NCBI GenBank assembly: GCA_963842945.1
Contig: CAWJIM010000011.1
Location: 1-20,233, forward strand
Direction: 5' to 3'
Origin: an uncultured Gemmatimonadales bacterium
GTDB taxonomy: Bacteria; Gemmatimonadota; Gemmatimonadetes; Gemmatimonadales; GWC2-71-9
Length of the DNA: 20,233 bases
The position numbers and the translations under genes were made by a program. This document shows, piece after piece, positions 17,773-20,233 of the stretch. How positions within the stretch are numbered: position 1 is the first letter of the stretch; the number at the start of each line of letters is the position of its first letter. The notes beneath the pieces were generated by a model that made no database searches, was not told where the DNA came from, and saw nothing but the letters and a program-made list of their open reading frames with translations.

Positions 17773-20077
17773 TTCCGGTGGAATCGGGGGAGATCGGTTT
17801 GCCGTTCAGGTAGTACCTGGCACCGGGCAGCGGCTCCTCCTTCAGCACGAAGCGCCAGCCGCTCTCCTTGCCGTCGATCCGGTACTCGATCCCTCCATCG
17901 GTCTTCGCCCGAGAGAACGAGATCCGGTTGGTGCCCACTCGCAGGTCCTCGATGCTCAAATTCTCCCAACCCGCCGGCAGGTGCGGCTCGAAGGTCACCG
18001 TCTGGTGCACCGCGTCGGTTGCACCCCGAAGACGTGCTCCACCAGCGGCACCACGATCCCGTAGACGGTCCAAGCCTGAACGAAGTCGCCATAGTCCGGC
18101 ATCATCTCCGAGATCGAGCCGGGGAGCTTGCGGCCGAAGGTCTCGACGATCCGGTTCATGTACCAGAGCGACTGATCGGCTCGGCCATAGGTCGCCTCCG
18201 CTACCGCCAGCACCCCGGTCGAGATGGTCATCATTGCCGCCTGCGCCACGGCTGACAGATATGGCCCGTATTCTCCCACATCGCTCCGCCGGATCCGGTC
18301 GAGCGCCTGGATGGCCCGCTCCCTCGGCGCGATCCCGGTCTCCATCGGCGTCGCCACCACCCAGTTCTTGTTGGTGATCCAGCCTTTGGTCGTGTCCGGC
18401 ATCGCCTCGAACCGGCCCCGGAGCCGCTCGTAGTAGGGGATCAGCTCGCGGTCCCTTGCCGACATCTTGTCCTCACCCCTGAGGCGGATCTGCTTGATGA
18501 CGCCTTCGGTCGCGCTGATCGCCTGGGCCCGGGTGCCGTAGAAGTCGGCGTACGAGCTTTCATCCTCGAGCCAGAGGCGGTCGTTGATCCGCCGCTTCAA
18601 CTCCTCCGCCTGCTGCCGGTAGCGCGCTGCCGAGCTCTGGTGGCCCAGGACGGTGGCGATGTCGGCCGTAGCCAGCAGCGCCTGCTGAGTATAGACCGCG
18701 ACATCGATCAGCTCCGCGTTGAGCCCGTAGATCTCGGTGACGCCGTAGCCACCGGGGAAGAGGTTTTGGTTCTCATCCATGTCGACCAGGAGCCAGCGAA
18801 TTCCCCGCTTCATCGCGGGGTACATCTCCCGGGCAAACGCCAGGTCGCCGGTCCAGCGGACCACCTTGGCCGCGGTCATGATGAAATGCGCGGTCTCCTG
18901 GGTGTTGCCCGGATTGAACACCACACCGTTGGTGGTGACCTCGTGGATGATCCGGCCGTTGCCGTTGACCTTGTTGGACTGAGACAGGAGGAGCCGCAGC
19001 GTCTGCCTTGCCAGATCGAAGTCACCGGTAGCGATCTGACCATGGAGCGAGTAGGCGCCGTCGGTGCCGAACCACCAGGGATATTCCGGCAGACCGGCGC
19101 CGAGCCCGCGACCGATCCCCGGCACGTCCCGGACCAGCCACGCGTTGTTGATTCGGACCCAGTCGTAGACCTGCTGCAGCTTCTGGTCCGGGATCCGGAT
19201 TCGGGCGCGTTGGATGAGCGCGGCGTAGTGCGACTTCTTCCGCCCCAGCAGCGACACGTGGCTTCGGGCGATGGAGGTGAACGTGCTCTCCGCCGCTGAG
19301 CTCGAGCGGGTCGAGCCGGCGAAGACGAAGGTGAGGGTCGTGCTGTCACGCGGCTCGATCGAGACAAGGTAGCTCGAGGCGGCGGTTACTCCCTGTCCTG
19401 CGCTGGAGATCGGGTCCGGACTGGGCATCGGCGTGGCCCCGGCGGCCGTGGTTGCTCCCCAGACCGCGAACCAGCCGTGACGTTTGTCCCGGGCGAGGAA
19501 CCGGCGCGTGGCCGGCTGCCAGCTCACCCGGTCGGGAGCGTCGGTGAGGCCGATTTTTTCGGACTGCCAGACGGGAAGGAGATCCGTTTTCACCCTGAGC
19601 CGAAAGCGGAGCTCCCGCCGCTGGTCGCTCTGGTTCCGCAGGGTGTACTGCACCACGATGCCCGGCCGACCCTCCGGGCAAACTGGAAGCGGTCGATCTC
19701 GACCTGATCCAGCACCTGGCCGTACCGGAAGCGATTCCCGTAGGGGTAATTGATGAACTCCTCGCTCTTTCGAGAGCGCAACCTCCTGCCCGGCGGAGTC
19801 GGCGATGCTTGCCTCGAAGCCGTCGATCAGCTTGATAGGATGGACCCAGAGGCCGGCCATCTCGAGGGCCAAGTGCTCGCCCAGGTCGGGGAAGTTTCCG
19901 TCCTGGGTGCCGATCAGGTAGGCCCGATCGCCGGCGGTGACGTAGGGATACCGTGGCGTTCTTTTCCATTATTGCTAGTGCCGCGCATGGCGGTAGGCAG
20001 CATCCATTTGTCCTCCTGGGCCAGGAGCAGAGTGGGAACGGCAAAGGCCAGAGGAGCAAACCAAGGAGCCGGAGCAT
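17726..20077 (-). CDS. Secreted (alpha/alpha)6-barrel glycoside hydrolase (amylo-alpha-1,6-glucosidase/GDE-like), several apparent frameshifts
   Basis: Stitched frames: signal peptide MLRLLGLL/LAFAVPTLLLAQ, PYVTAGDRAYLIGTQDG, EMAGLWVHPIKL, EEFINYPYG, GLPEYPWWFGTDGAY, NGRIIHE, GNTQET, PGSISEMMPDYGDFVQAW, and a C-terminal beta domain (ORF 17726..18073). Substrate cannot be assigned. Confidence 0.8.
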
Positions 20078-20089
20078 GGGAGGAGTTTA
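20075..20089 (-). promoter_or_regulatory. Putative -10 element giving a leaderless glycoside hydrolase transcript
   Basis: Minus strand TAAACT-CCTCCC-ATG; no Shine-Dalgarno sequence upstream of the ATG. Confidence 0.5.
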
Positions 20090-20233
20090 CAGCGTGAATG
20101 CGGCGGCAGGCAGTCTGGACTGCAGCGACAAGGTGATGATGCTCCCCGAACAAGCTGACCGTCGAGGAATATTCATGTGGTTGCGGCGGGCCCCCCAGTG
20201 GCGCCTCCATCCCGCGGAGTGCTGGCGGAGCCC

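Noticed and set aside
16116..20077. Kinase and glycoside hydrolase as pseudogenes
   Set aside because: Kinase catalytic motifs and the conserved hydrolase motifs are intact and the breaks are isolated single-base indels, so they are treated as probable assembly errors pending read evidence.
1..20233. tRNA, rRNA, integrase or transposase genes
   Set aside because: None recognisable in the sequence or ORF track.

Overview
GC-rich bacterial DNA, probably Gemmatimonadota (inferred from gene style, not proven). In order: a long ALDH16-like aldehyde dehydrogenase (+); a complete minus-strand phosphate-uptake cluster (OprO/P-like porin, pstS, pstS, pstC, pstA, pstB, pstB, phoU) with 11-bp-periodic PHO-box-like repeats; three small membrane proteins; a BBE/AknOx-like flavoprotein oxidase coupled to an ArsC-type arsenate reductase; an acyltransferase-3; an alpha/beta hydrolase; a membrane Ser/Thr kinase; and a secreted (alpha/alpha)6 glycoside hydrolase. 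Five genes are broken by single-base frameshifts that look like long-read consensus errors. The most unusual signal is a family of inverted arrays of 8-nt units (consensus about GNCGGWAN and its reverse complement) sitting in frame inside two unrelated housekeeping genes (ALDH linker, PstB N-terminus). In the ALDH copy, the units whose TAA would fall in frame are the ones that are altered. A 7-nt analogue supplies the phoU stop codon. Other points of interest: three TANNNT-N6-start (leaderless-type) promoters and atypical cofactor/catalytic residues in the flavoprotein oxidase.
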